From Macrostomum lignano (Eukaryota), in the NCBI GenBank assembly GCA_002269645.1, contig NIVC01001883.1:62001-126000 (forward strand): 64,000 nt of DNA, in the 5' to 3' direction. Each line of letters opens with the position of its first letter. The stretch's first letter is position 1. Below, piece by piece: positions 36,401-47,461 of this stretch. Both the position numbers and the translations under genes were made by a program. Below the pieces are notes generated by a model, which was given only the letters and a program-made list of their open reading frames with translations, was not told where the DNA came from and made no database searches.

Positions 36401-39400
36401 ATCGCCTCCTAGATCTTCAGGCTGGATTATCGCCCCTAGATCTTCAGGCTGGATTATCGCCTCCTAGATTTCAGGCTGGATTATCGCCTCCTAGATCTTC
36501 AGGCTGGATTATCGCCTCCTAGATCTTCAGGCTGGATTATCGCCCCTTAGATCTTCAGGCTGGATTATCGCCCCTAGATCTTCAGGCTGGATTATCGCCT
36601 CCTAGATCTTCAGGCTGGATTATCGCCCCCTAGATCTTCAGGCTGGATTATCGCCCCTAGATCTTCAGGCTGGATTATCGCCCCTAGATCTTCAGGCTGG
36701 ATTATCGCCCCTAGATCTTCAGGCTGGATTATCGCCCCTAGATCTTCAGGCTGGATTATCGCCCCCTAGATCTTCAGGCTGGATTATCGCCCCTTAGATC
36801 TTCAGGCTGGATTATCGCCCCCTAGATTTTCAGGCTGGATTATCGCCCCCTAGATCTTCAGGCTGGATTATCGCCTCCTAGATCTTCAATCTGGAGTATC
36901 GCCCCCTAGATCTTCAGGCTGGATTATCGCCTCCTAGATCTTCAGGCTGGATTATCGCCCCCTAGATCTTCAGGCTGGATTATCGCCTCCTAGATCTTCA
37001 ATCTGGAGTATCGCCCCCTAGATCTTCAGGCTGGATTATCGCCTCCTAGATCTTCAGGCTGGATTATCGCCTCCTAGATCTTCAGGCTGGATTATCGCCC
37101 CTAGATCTTCAGGCTGGATTATCGCCTCCTAGATCTTCAATCTGGAGTATCGCCCCTAGATCTTCAGGCTGGATTATCGCCTCCTAGATCTTCAGGCTGG
37201 ATTATCGCCTCCTAGATCTTCAGGCTGGATTATCGCCTCCTAGATCTTCAGGCTGGATTATCGCCTCCTAGATCTTCAATCTGGAGTATCGCCCCTAGAT
37301 CTTCAGGCTGGATTATCGCCTCCTAGATCTTCAGGCTGGATTATCGCCTCCTAGATCTTCAGGCTGGATTATCGCCCCTAGATCTTCAGGCTGGATTATC
37401 GCCTCCTAGATTTCAGGCTGGATTATCGCCTCCTAGATCTTCAGGCTGGATTATCGCCTCCTAGATCTTCAGGCTGGATTATCGCCCCTTAGATCTTCAG
37501 GCTGGATTATCGCCCCTTAGATCTTCAGGCTGGATTATCGCCTCCTAGATCTTCAGGCTGGATTATCGCCTCCTAGATCTTCAGGCTGGATTATCGCCTC
37601 CTAGATCTTCAGGCTGGATTATCGCCCCTTAGATCTTCAGGCTGGATTATCGCCCCTTAGATCTTCAGGCTGGATTATCGCCTCCTAGATCTTCAGGCTG
37701 GATTATCGCCCCTAGATCTTCAGGCTGGATTATCGCCTCCTAGATTTCAGGCTGGATTATCGCCTCCTAGATCTTCAGGCTGGATTATCGCCTCCTAGAT
37801 CTTCAGGCTGGATTATCGCCCCTTAGATCTTCAGGCTGGATTATCGCCCCTAGATCTTCAGGCTGGATTATCGCCTCCTAGATCTTCAGGCTGGATTATC
37901 GCCCCTAGATCTTCAGGCTGGATTATCGCCCCTAGATCTTCAGGCTGGATTATCGCCCCTAGATCTTCAGGCTGGATTATCGCCCCTAGATCTTCAGGCT
38001 GGATTATCGCCCCTAGATCTTCAGGCTGGATTATCGCCCCTAGATCTTCAGGCTGGATTATCGCCCCTTAGATCTTCAGGCTGGATTATCGCCCCCTAGA
38101 TCTTCAGGCTGGATTATCGCCTCCTAGATTTTCAGGCTGGATTATCGCCTCCTAGATCTTCAGGCTGGATTATCGCCTCCTAGATCTTCAGGCTGGATTA
38201 TCGCCCCTTAGATCTTCAGGCTGGATTATCGCCTCCTAGATCTTCAGGCTGGATTATCGCCCCCTAGATCTTCAGGCTGGATTATCGCCCCTTAGATCTT
38301 CAGGCTGGATTATCGCCCCTAGATCTTCAGGCTGGATTATCGCCTCCTAGATTTCAGGCTGGATTATCGCCTCCTAGATCTTCAGGCTGGATTATCGCCT
38401 CCTAGATCTTCAGGCTGGATTATCGCCCCTTAGATCTTCAGGCTGGATTATCGCCCCCTAGATCTTCAGGCTGGATTATCGCCTCCTAGATTTTCAGGCT
38501 GGATTATCGCCTCCTAGATCTTCAGGCTGGATTATCGCCTCCTAGATCTTCAGGCTGGATTATCGCCCCTTAGATCTTCAGGCTGGATTATCGCCCCCTA
38601 GATCTTCAGGCTGGATTATCGCCTCCTAGATCTTCAGGCTGGATTATCGCCCTAGATCTTCAGGCTGGATTATCGCCTCCTAGATCTTCAGGCTGGATTA
38701 TCGCCTCCTAGATCTTCAGGCTGGATTATCGCCTCCTAGATCTTCAGGCTGGATTATCGCCTCCTAGATCTTCAGGCTGGATTATCGCCTCCTAGATCTT
38801 CAGGCTGGATTATCGCCTCCTAGATCTTCAGGCTGGATTATCGCCCTAGATCTTCAGGCTGGATTATCGCCTCCTAGATCTTCAGGCTGGATTATCGCCT
38901 CCTAGATCTTCAGGCTGGATTATCGCCCCTAGATCTTCAGGCTGGATTATCGCCCCTAGATCTTCAGGCTGGATTATCGCCTCCTAGATCTTCAGGCTGG
39001 ATTATCGCCTCCTAGATCTTCAGGCTGGATTATCGCCTCCTAGATCTTCAGGCTGGATTATCGCCTCCTAGATCTTCAGGCTGGATTATCGCCTCCTAGA
39101 TCTTCAGGCTGGATTATCGCCTCCTAGATCTTCAGGCTGGATTATCGCCTCCTAGATCTTCAGGCTGGATTATCGCCTCCTAGATCTTCAGGCTGGATTA
39201 TCGCCTCCTAGATCTTCAGGCTGGATTATCGCCTCCTAGATCTTCAGGCTGGATTATCGCCTCCTAGATCTTCAGGCTGGATTATCGCCCCTAGATCTTC
39301 AGGCTGGATTATCGCCCCTAGATTTTCAGGCTGGATTATCGCCCCTAGATTTCAGGCTGGATTATCGCCCCTAGATTTTCAGGCTGGATTATCGCCTCCT

Positions 39401-41988
39401 AGATCTTCAGGCTGGATTATCGCCTCCTAGATCTTCAGGCTGGATTATCGCCTCCTAGATCTTCAGGCTGGATTATCGCCTCCTAGATCTTCAGGCTGGA
39501 TTATCGCCCCTTAGATCTTCAGGCTGGATTATCGCCCCTTAGATCTTCAGGCTGGATTATCGCCTCCTAGATCTTCAGGCTGGATTATCGCCCCTAGATC
39601 TTCAGGCTGGATTATCGCCCCTTAGATCTTCAGGCTGGATTATCGCCTCCTAGATCTTCAGGCTGGATTATCGCCCCTAGATCTTCAGGCTGGATTATCG
39701 CCCCTTAGATCTTCAGGCTGGATTATCGCCTCCTAGATCTTCAGGCTGGATTATCGCCTCCTAGATCTTCAGGCTGGATTATCGCCTCCTAGATCTTCAG
39801 GCTGGATTATCGCCTCCTAGATCTTCAGGCTGGATTATCGCCTCCTAGATCTTCAGGCTGGATTATCGCCCCTAGATCTTCAGGCTGGATTATCGCCCCT
39901 TAGATCTTCAGGCTGGATTATCGCCTCCTAGATCTTCAGGCTGGATTATCGCCTCCTAGATCTTCAGGCTGGATTATCGCCCCTTAGATTTTCAGGCTGG
40001 ATTATCGCCCCCTAGATTTTCAGGCTGGATTATCGCCTCCTAGATTTTCAGGCTGGATTATCGCCCCCTAGATTTTCAGGCTGGATTATCGCCCCCTAGA
40101 TCTTCAGGCTGGATTATCGCCTCCTAGATCTTCAGGCTGGATTATCGCCTCCTAGATCTTCAGGCTGGATTATCGCCTCCTAGATCTTCAGGCTGGATTA
40201 TCGCCTCCTAGATCTTCAGGCTGGATTATCGCCTCCTAGATCTTCAGGCTGGATTATCGCCTCCTAGATCTTCAGGCTGGATTATCGCCCCCTAGATCTT
40301 CAGGCTGGATTATCGCCCCTTAGATCTTCAGGCTGGATTATCGCCTCCTAGATCTTCAGGCTGGATTATCGCCTCCTAGATCTTCAGGCTGGATTATCGC
40401 CCCTTAGATTTTCAGGCTGGATTATCGCCCCCTAGATTTTCAGGCTGGATTATCGCCTCCTAGATTTTCAGGCTGGATTATCGCCCCCTAGATTTTCAGG
40501 CTGGATTATCGCCCCCTAGATCTTCAGGCTGGATTATCGCCTCCTAGATCTTCAGGCTGGATTATCGCCCCTAGATTTTCAGGCTGGATTATCGCCCCCT
40601 AGATTTTCAGGCTGGATTATCGCCCCCTAGATTTTCAGGCTGGATTATCGCCTCCTAGATCTTCAGGCTGGATTATCGCCCCTTAGATCTTCAGGCTGGA
40701 TTATCGCCCCTTAGATCTTCAGGCTGGATTATCGCCCCTTAGATCTTCAGGCTGGATTATCGCCCCTTAGATCTTCAGGCTGGATTATCGCCCCTTAGAT
40801 CTTCAGGCTGGATTATCGTCCCTTAGATCTTCAGGCTGGATTATCGCCCCCTAGATCTTCAGGCTGGATTATCGCCCCTTAGATCTTCAGGCTGGATTAT
40901 CGCCCCCTAGATCTTCAATCTGGATTATCGCCCCTTAGATCTTCAGGCTGGATTATCGCCCCTTAGATCTTCAGGCTGGATTATCGCTCCGTAGATCTTC
41001 AAGCTGGATTATCGCCCCCTAGATCTTCAATCTGGATTATCGCCCCCTAGATCTTCAATCTGGATTATCGCTCCCTAGATCCTCAGACTTGGTTTTCGCC
41101 CCTGTAGATCCTCAGGCGGGTTTTCGCCCTCTAGATCCTCAGGCGGGTTTTCGCCCCCTAGATCTTCAAGCTGGATTATCGCCCCCTAGATCTTCAAGCT
41201 GGATTATCGCCCCCTAGATCTTCAATCTGGATTATCGCTCCCTAGATCCTCAGACTGGGTTTTCGCCCCCTAAATCTTCAATCTGGGTTATCGCCCCCTA
41301 GATCTTCAATCTGGATTATCGCCCTAGATCTTCAGTCTGGATTATCGCCCTAGTTCCTCGGTCTGGATTATCGCCATAGATCTTCAGTCTGGATTATCGC
41401 CCTAGATCTTCAGTCTGGATTATCGCCATAGATCTTCAAGCTGGATTATCGCCCCCTAAATCTTCAATCTGGGTTATCGCCCCCTAGATCTTCAATCTGG
41501 ATTATCGCCCTAGATCTTCAGTCTGGATTATCGCCCTAGATCTTCAGTCTGGATTATCACCCTAGATCTTCAGTCTGGATTATCGCCCTAGATCTTCAGT
41601 CTGGATTATCGCCCTAGATTATTCAGTCTGGATTATCGCCCTAGATCTTCAGTCTGGATTATCGTCCTAGATCTTCAGTCTGGATTATCGCCCTAGACCT
41701 TCAGTCTGGATTATCGCCCTAGACCTTCAGTCTGGATTATCGCCCTAGATCTTCAGTCTGGATTATCGCCCTAGATCTTCAGTCTGGATTATCGCCCTAG
41801 ATCTTCAGTCTGGATTATCACCCTAGATCTTCAGTCTGGATTATCGCCCTAGATCTTCAGTCTGGATTATCGCCCTAGATCTTCAGTCTGGATTATCACC
41901 CTAGATCTTCAGTCTGGATTATCGTCCTAGATCTTCAGTCTGGATTATCGTCCTAGATCTACAGTCTGGATTATCGCCCTAGATCTTC
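33481..41988. repeat. 8.5-kb minisatellite, 28-bp unit CTAGATCTTCAGGCTGGATTATCGCCTC (about 300 copies), ending in a 26-bp variant sub-array
   Basis: Direct reading; stop codons in each unit on both strands and no ORFs. Confidence 0.98.
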
Positions 41989-42166
41989 AGGCCGGCCATT
42001 GTCAGCCTACCAGAGCCTCACACTGACCCATGGATGTAGTGGCCGTATAACCTGCTCAGGGGAGTCGGCGGAACGGGCAGTAGTTCTAATAAAAAAGATA
42101 AACCTTCGCATATCGTCTCACCTCGCACTGCCAGTTGCCCTTTATGCGTCCCTGTTTCAGCCCAGA

Positions 42167-42841
42167 ATGTCAGCCGAAGTCACAGAGCCGCCGCAGCAGC
42201 AGCCTCCGGAGCAGCCCGGCAGCCAGCAGGGATTCTCCCTGGCCGAGCTGACCGCCAGCTTCAACCGCTGCCGCGCCCAGCCCGGCCTCGGCCTCGCCGC
42301 CTATGCCGACGGCTACGACCAGCTGCTGCACTTCCTGCGCAGCCTCAACAAGGCCTTCTACTTCGTGGTGCAGGACGTGGACTCGAAGCTGCGCATCCTG
42401 CGCTCCCATATCGTCGGCCCGGAGGCCGCCAGCTTCTCCAGCATCGCCGGCATGCTGCAGTTCGAATCGGCCGGCGGCTTCGCTGGCAAGGAGAACGGCT
42501 CCCGCACTCTGCTGCGGCTGCACCGGGCGCTGCTCTTCCTTGTGCTGCTGCTGGACCGGCTGGTCAGCGCGCCAGCTGACAAGTCCATCTCCAGCATCGC
42601 CGGCGAGTCCTACAACGAGTCGCTGGCCAATCACCATCCCTGGGCGGTGCGCAAGGCGGTCGGGCTGGCGCTTTACCTGCTGCCATCGCGCGAGACCCTG
42701 CTGGCCAACATGGCGCAGCAGAACGCCTGCGATGCTGCTGGGGTGCGCCAGCTGGTGACCGAGGCCGTGCCCTGTCTGAAGGATGTCTACGACCAGACCC
42801 AGCGACTGTACAGCGAAGCCAAAGCTCTGGAGCTGCCTTGA
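42167..42841 (+). CDS. CPTP: GLTP-domain protein, ceramide-1-phosphate transfer protein-like, 224 aa, single coding exon
   Basis: FYFVVQDVDSKLRIL, GSRTLLRLHRALLFL, LANHHPWAVRKAV..LPSRETLL; ATG at 42167 just after a 3' acceptor TTTCAG. Confidence 0.82.
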   Translation: MSAEVTEPPQQQPPEQPGSQQGFSLAELTASFNRCRAQPGLGLAAYADGYDQLLHFLRSLNKAFYFVVQDVDSKLRILRSHIVGPEAASFSSIAGMLQFESAGGFAGKENGSRTLLRLHRALLFLVLLLDRLVSAPADKSISSIAGESYNESLANHHPWAVRKAVGLALYLLPSRETLLANMAQQNACDAAGVRQLVTEAVPCLKDVYDQTQRLYSEAKALELP

Positions 42842-42899
42842 ACTGCATTGCTGTAGTCTAATAGCTGTTCTTCATGCTTTCATAGACTCTGAACTAAGC

Positions 42900-44000
42900 A
42901 AACTGCTTCTAAGCACACTGTCACTCAAGCACACTGTCACTGAAGCACACTGCTTATGAAGCTTAGCCCCTGAAGCACACTGCTTCTGAAGCTTTGCCCC
43001 TGAAGCACACTGCTTCTGAAGCTTTGCCCCTGAAGCACACTGCTTCTGAAGCTTTGCCCCTGAAGCACACTGCTTCTGAAGCTTAGCCCCTGAAGCACAC
43101 TGCTTCTGAAGCTTAGCCCCTGAAGCACACTGCTTCTGAAGCTTTGCCCCTGAAGCACACTGCTTCTGAAGCATTAGCCATGAAGCACACTGCTTCTGAA
43201 GCATTAGCCATGAAGCACACTGCTTCTGAAGCTTAGCCCCTGAAGCACACTGCTTCTGAAGCTTAGCCCCTGAAGCACACTGCTTCTGAAGCTTAGCCCC
43301 TGAAGCACACTGCTTCTGAAGCTTAGCCCCTGAAGCACACTGCTTCTGAAGCTTAGCCCCTGAAGCACACTGCTTCTGAAGCTTAGCCCCTGAAGCACAC
43401 TGCTTCTGAAGCTTAGCCCCTGAAGCACACTGCTTCTGAAGCTTAGCCCCTGAAGCACACTGTTTCTGAAGCTTTGCCCCTGAAGCACACTGTCCAAATG
43501 CATTAGCCCTGAAGCATATACTGTTTCTGAATCATTAGCCCTGAAGCATATACTGTTCCTGAATCATTAGCCCTGAAGCATACACTGTTCCTGAATCATT
43601 AGCCCTGAAGCATATACTGTTTCTGAATCATTAGCCCTGAAGCATATACTGTTCCTGAATCATTAGCCCTGAAGCATACACTGTTCCTGAATCATTAGCC
43701 CTGAAGCATATACTGTTCCTGAATCATTAGCCCTGAAGCATACACTGTTCCTGAATCATTAGCCCTGAAGCATATACTGTTTCTGAATCATTAGCCCTGA
43801 AGCATATACTGTTCCTGAATCATTAGCCCTGAAGCATACACTGTTCCTGAATCATTAGCCCTGAAGCATATACTGTTCCTGAATCATTAGCCCTGAAGCA
43901 TACACTGTTCCTGAATCATTAGCCCTGAAGCATACACTCTTCCTGAATCATTAGCCTTGAAGCATACACTGTTCCTGAATCATTAGCCCTGAAGCACCGA
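42900..44000. repeat. Composite minisatellite: 30-bp unit (TGAAGCACACTGCTTCTGAAGCTTAGCCCC) followed by a related 32-bp unit
   Basis: Direct reading; the switch occurs at about 43495. Confidence 0.95.
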
Positions 44001-44514
44001 TGCCCGCTGTATCCAAAGCAGATGACGGACAAAAAGTACTATTACAATACTTACTATTTTCATAGACTTACTTAAACTCAGTTTATCATTCTGCTGTTTC
44101 TATTAGATATTTATGCATTGATCTGGTCCCAGTCGGACCGTCCCAAACTTCTTAATTCCCTTCTCTATGCTTTGTCTTTCCTTTAGTTCAGAAGCGGACA
44201 CTTAATTTAAGCGCTTTGTCTGTTTTGTTAGTTCATTACGCCAATCTAAAAATAGCCACTGATGTTCTAAAAAAGATTATTTAACGCACTGCTTACTACT
44301 GCTGATTTGTTGATGTTATATTAACTTAATAATAGAAAAGAGCGCATTGAGATGTGTTCCTGGATTATCCCACCTAGTCATAAGCGGCGCTACCTGATGC
44401 AAATTCTACTATTAAAGTCATTGCCCTGTGGACTGCGCGGAATTTGCTCTCAGCTTGTATGCTTAAACAGCTTCTGTGTTCTATTTTCATTGCTCACTTG
44501 AGCACTGCTCTAGG

Positions 44515-44890
44515 CAAAATCCAGACTTGAGCTCTAGATCTCCTTGGCAGTCAGTTCATGCTGTGCCGCCTGCTCACCCACCCCAAGTTTCCCAAATCCA
44601 GGCTTGAGCTCTTGATCTCCTTGTCAGTCAGTTCATGCTGTGCCGCCTGCTCACCCACTCCAAGTTTCCAAATCCAGACTTGAGCTCTAGATCTCCTTGG
44701 CAGTCAGTTCATGCTGTGCCGCCTGCTCACCCACTCCAAGTTTCCCAAATCCAGACTTGAGCTCTTGATCTCCTTGGCAGTCAGTTCATGCTGTGCCGCC
44801 TGCTCACCCACTCCAAGTTTCCCAAATCCAGACTTGAGCTCTAGATCTCCTTGGCAGTCAGTTCATGCTGTGCCGCCTGCTCATCCATCC
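44515..44890. repeat. About 77-bp tandem repeat, about 5 copies
   Basis: AATCCAGACTTGAGCTCTAGATCTCCTTGGCAGTCAGTTCATGCTGTGCCGCCTGCTCACCC recurring at about 44518, 44596, 44671, 44747 and 44825. Confidence 0.9.
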
Positions 44891-44908
44891 CCAATTTTCC
44901 GGCTCAAG

Positions 44909-46310
44909 GCGAGGCCGGCCGCCGATCCCTGGGCGAGCAGCTGCTTCGGCGAAGACGAGGAGCCGGCGGCGGCGTCAGCGGACTCCGACGAGCTGTATCT
45001 GCTGCCCCGTCTGGAGGTCGAGCGGCTCTGCGACTCCCGGCTGGACCCGCCGCCCGACGCCTCTTCGACTGCGCAGCCGTCGGCGGATTCGGCGACCGCC
45101 TCGACTGCGGCGCTGTTGAATCGCCGTCGCAGGCTGGTGCGCGCCGACTCGCTGATTCTGCGCGATCCGCAGGCACGGCACGCCATCGACATGCTGGCGG
45201 CTGTGCGGCGCCTCCGGCCGCTGCAGCGGCGCCAGATGAAGCGGCGTCGGCAGCGCCTGCAGCAGCAGCGACAGGTGAGTAGCGATGGTCTGCGTTGTAG
45301 TGTGACATTTGTGTGTCATTTGTGCGACATTTATGTGTGCCCTGTGTGACATTGTGTGTGTGACTTGTGTGACATTTTTGACATCGAGCCCCTGCAAAAA
45401 GGTTGGAGACCATCTGTGATTGCGGCGGCGGCCCTGGCGACAGCTGCCTGAGGATCTGAAGGGCTGTGCAGCATGAGAATCCCAGTCGTATAAAAATCGC
45501 GGAAATCCAATATTTTTAGGCCGGACTGGCTGCTGCGCCGCCCCCGCCGTCGCCTCCACCGATCTCTTCGGAGGAGGCGGCCCGCCTGCGCGACCTGCTG
45601 TCCGTGCCGGCGCACACCGCCGATCCGCGCGTCCCCCTGCTGCTTGGCGCTACCTCCGCCGAGGACTGTCGGCGCCTCCTGCTGAGCAGTGCGGCCGCCA
45701 CGGCGCTGCTGGCCGGCTTCGACACCGTCTCGGACGCGGCGCTGCGCTCGCTGGCTCACGCGCTCGACCTGTTCCTGTCTCAGGTAGCGGCCAGGATTCA
45801 TGCCAGTTGGGATTCCCGTCAATTGGGATTCCCGTCAGTTGGGATTCCCGTCAGTTGGGATTCCCGTCAATTGGGATTCCCGTCAATTGGGATTCCCGTC
45901 AGTTGGGATTCCCGTCAGTTGGGATTCCCGTCAATTGGGATTCCCGTCAGTTGGGATTCCCGTCAGTTGGAATTCCTGTCAGATCCCACCCAGATGGCAG
46001 AGTCTCCATTCTCCTATTCAATTTTCTGCAGGTTTGCCAGCGCATCGCCGACCAGCCGAGCGTCAGCGACTATCCAGACGGTCTGCACAAGGCGCTGGCC
46101 GACTTCGGCATCACGGAGGCCTGGCAGCTGCGCCGCTGCTACGACCGCCTCATCACCGGCGGCCGGCGCCGGGCGCAGGACCGACTGGCCGCTCTGCTCG
46201 CCCAGCTGGCGCCGGCAACGCCTTCCGCCGTTTCGGCTGCTCCGGAGGCGGTAGCAACCGCGGAGGTGAAGGCGGAGCCGGAGGATTCGGCTGCGGGCCA
46301 GGGGCTGTGA
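44909..46310 (+). CDS. SUPT7L: SAGA subunit SUPT7L/STAF65gamma-like histone-fold (bromodomain-associated) protein; start uncertain
   Basis: Exons ?-45274, 45520-45783, 46032-46310 (GT-AG, phase 0); RHAIDMLAAVRRLR, ALLAGFDTVSDAALRSLAHAL, YPDGLHKALADFGI resemble SUPT7L. Confidence 0.6.
45808..45970. repeat. 16-bp tandem repeat TTGGGATTCCCGTCA(G/A) in an intron
   Basis: Direct reading; internal dyad GGGA-T-TCCC. Confidence 0.93.
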
Positions 46311-46534
46311 GACTCGCTCATCTCGCTGCTGTTGTGTACAGAATTGACTTGAGATCCCCCAGTTTGCTGTTCATTGCTTTGTTACGCAATACATTTGTAT
46401 AAAATATACCGGCTCTGCTGGCGTTAGCCAAACTGCTGCCTGCGTGTGCGGTCCCATAAACTCTGCTGACACTGACGGCTTTCTCGTTTGTGACGCCATC
46501 CTGCCTGCTGTTTCCATCTGTCTGGATGGCAGAC

Positions 46535-47186
<652 letters not shown>

Positions 47187-47461
47187 CCCTCTACATGTAT
47201 ATGCCTATTTATTTTCATCCTGTAGTATCGGCCTGCAAAAGTGCCTGCAGGGGGGCGTCAGGAAGTCCAGATTAGTTAGTGAAGCATTTTGCCCGGTTTG
47301 ACGTTTTTTAAACGCGCAGCCAAATGTGAAGGCGGAGACACTCGGTGATTAAAATCGATTTCAAAATGAAAGTTTCTGAAAGGCCTTCGCTGCAGCTGAC
47401 TGCACTGGCAATCCTGCATTGACCTGCGCCTGCCAGGGTCTATCGGGGAGCTGAGGAGGCC

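Noticed and set aside
33481-41988. CRISPR-like appearance of the regular 28-bp array
   Set aside because: Units are head-to-tail with no unique spacers, there are no cas genes, and the context is eukaryotic.
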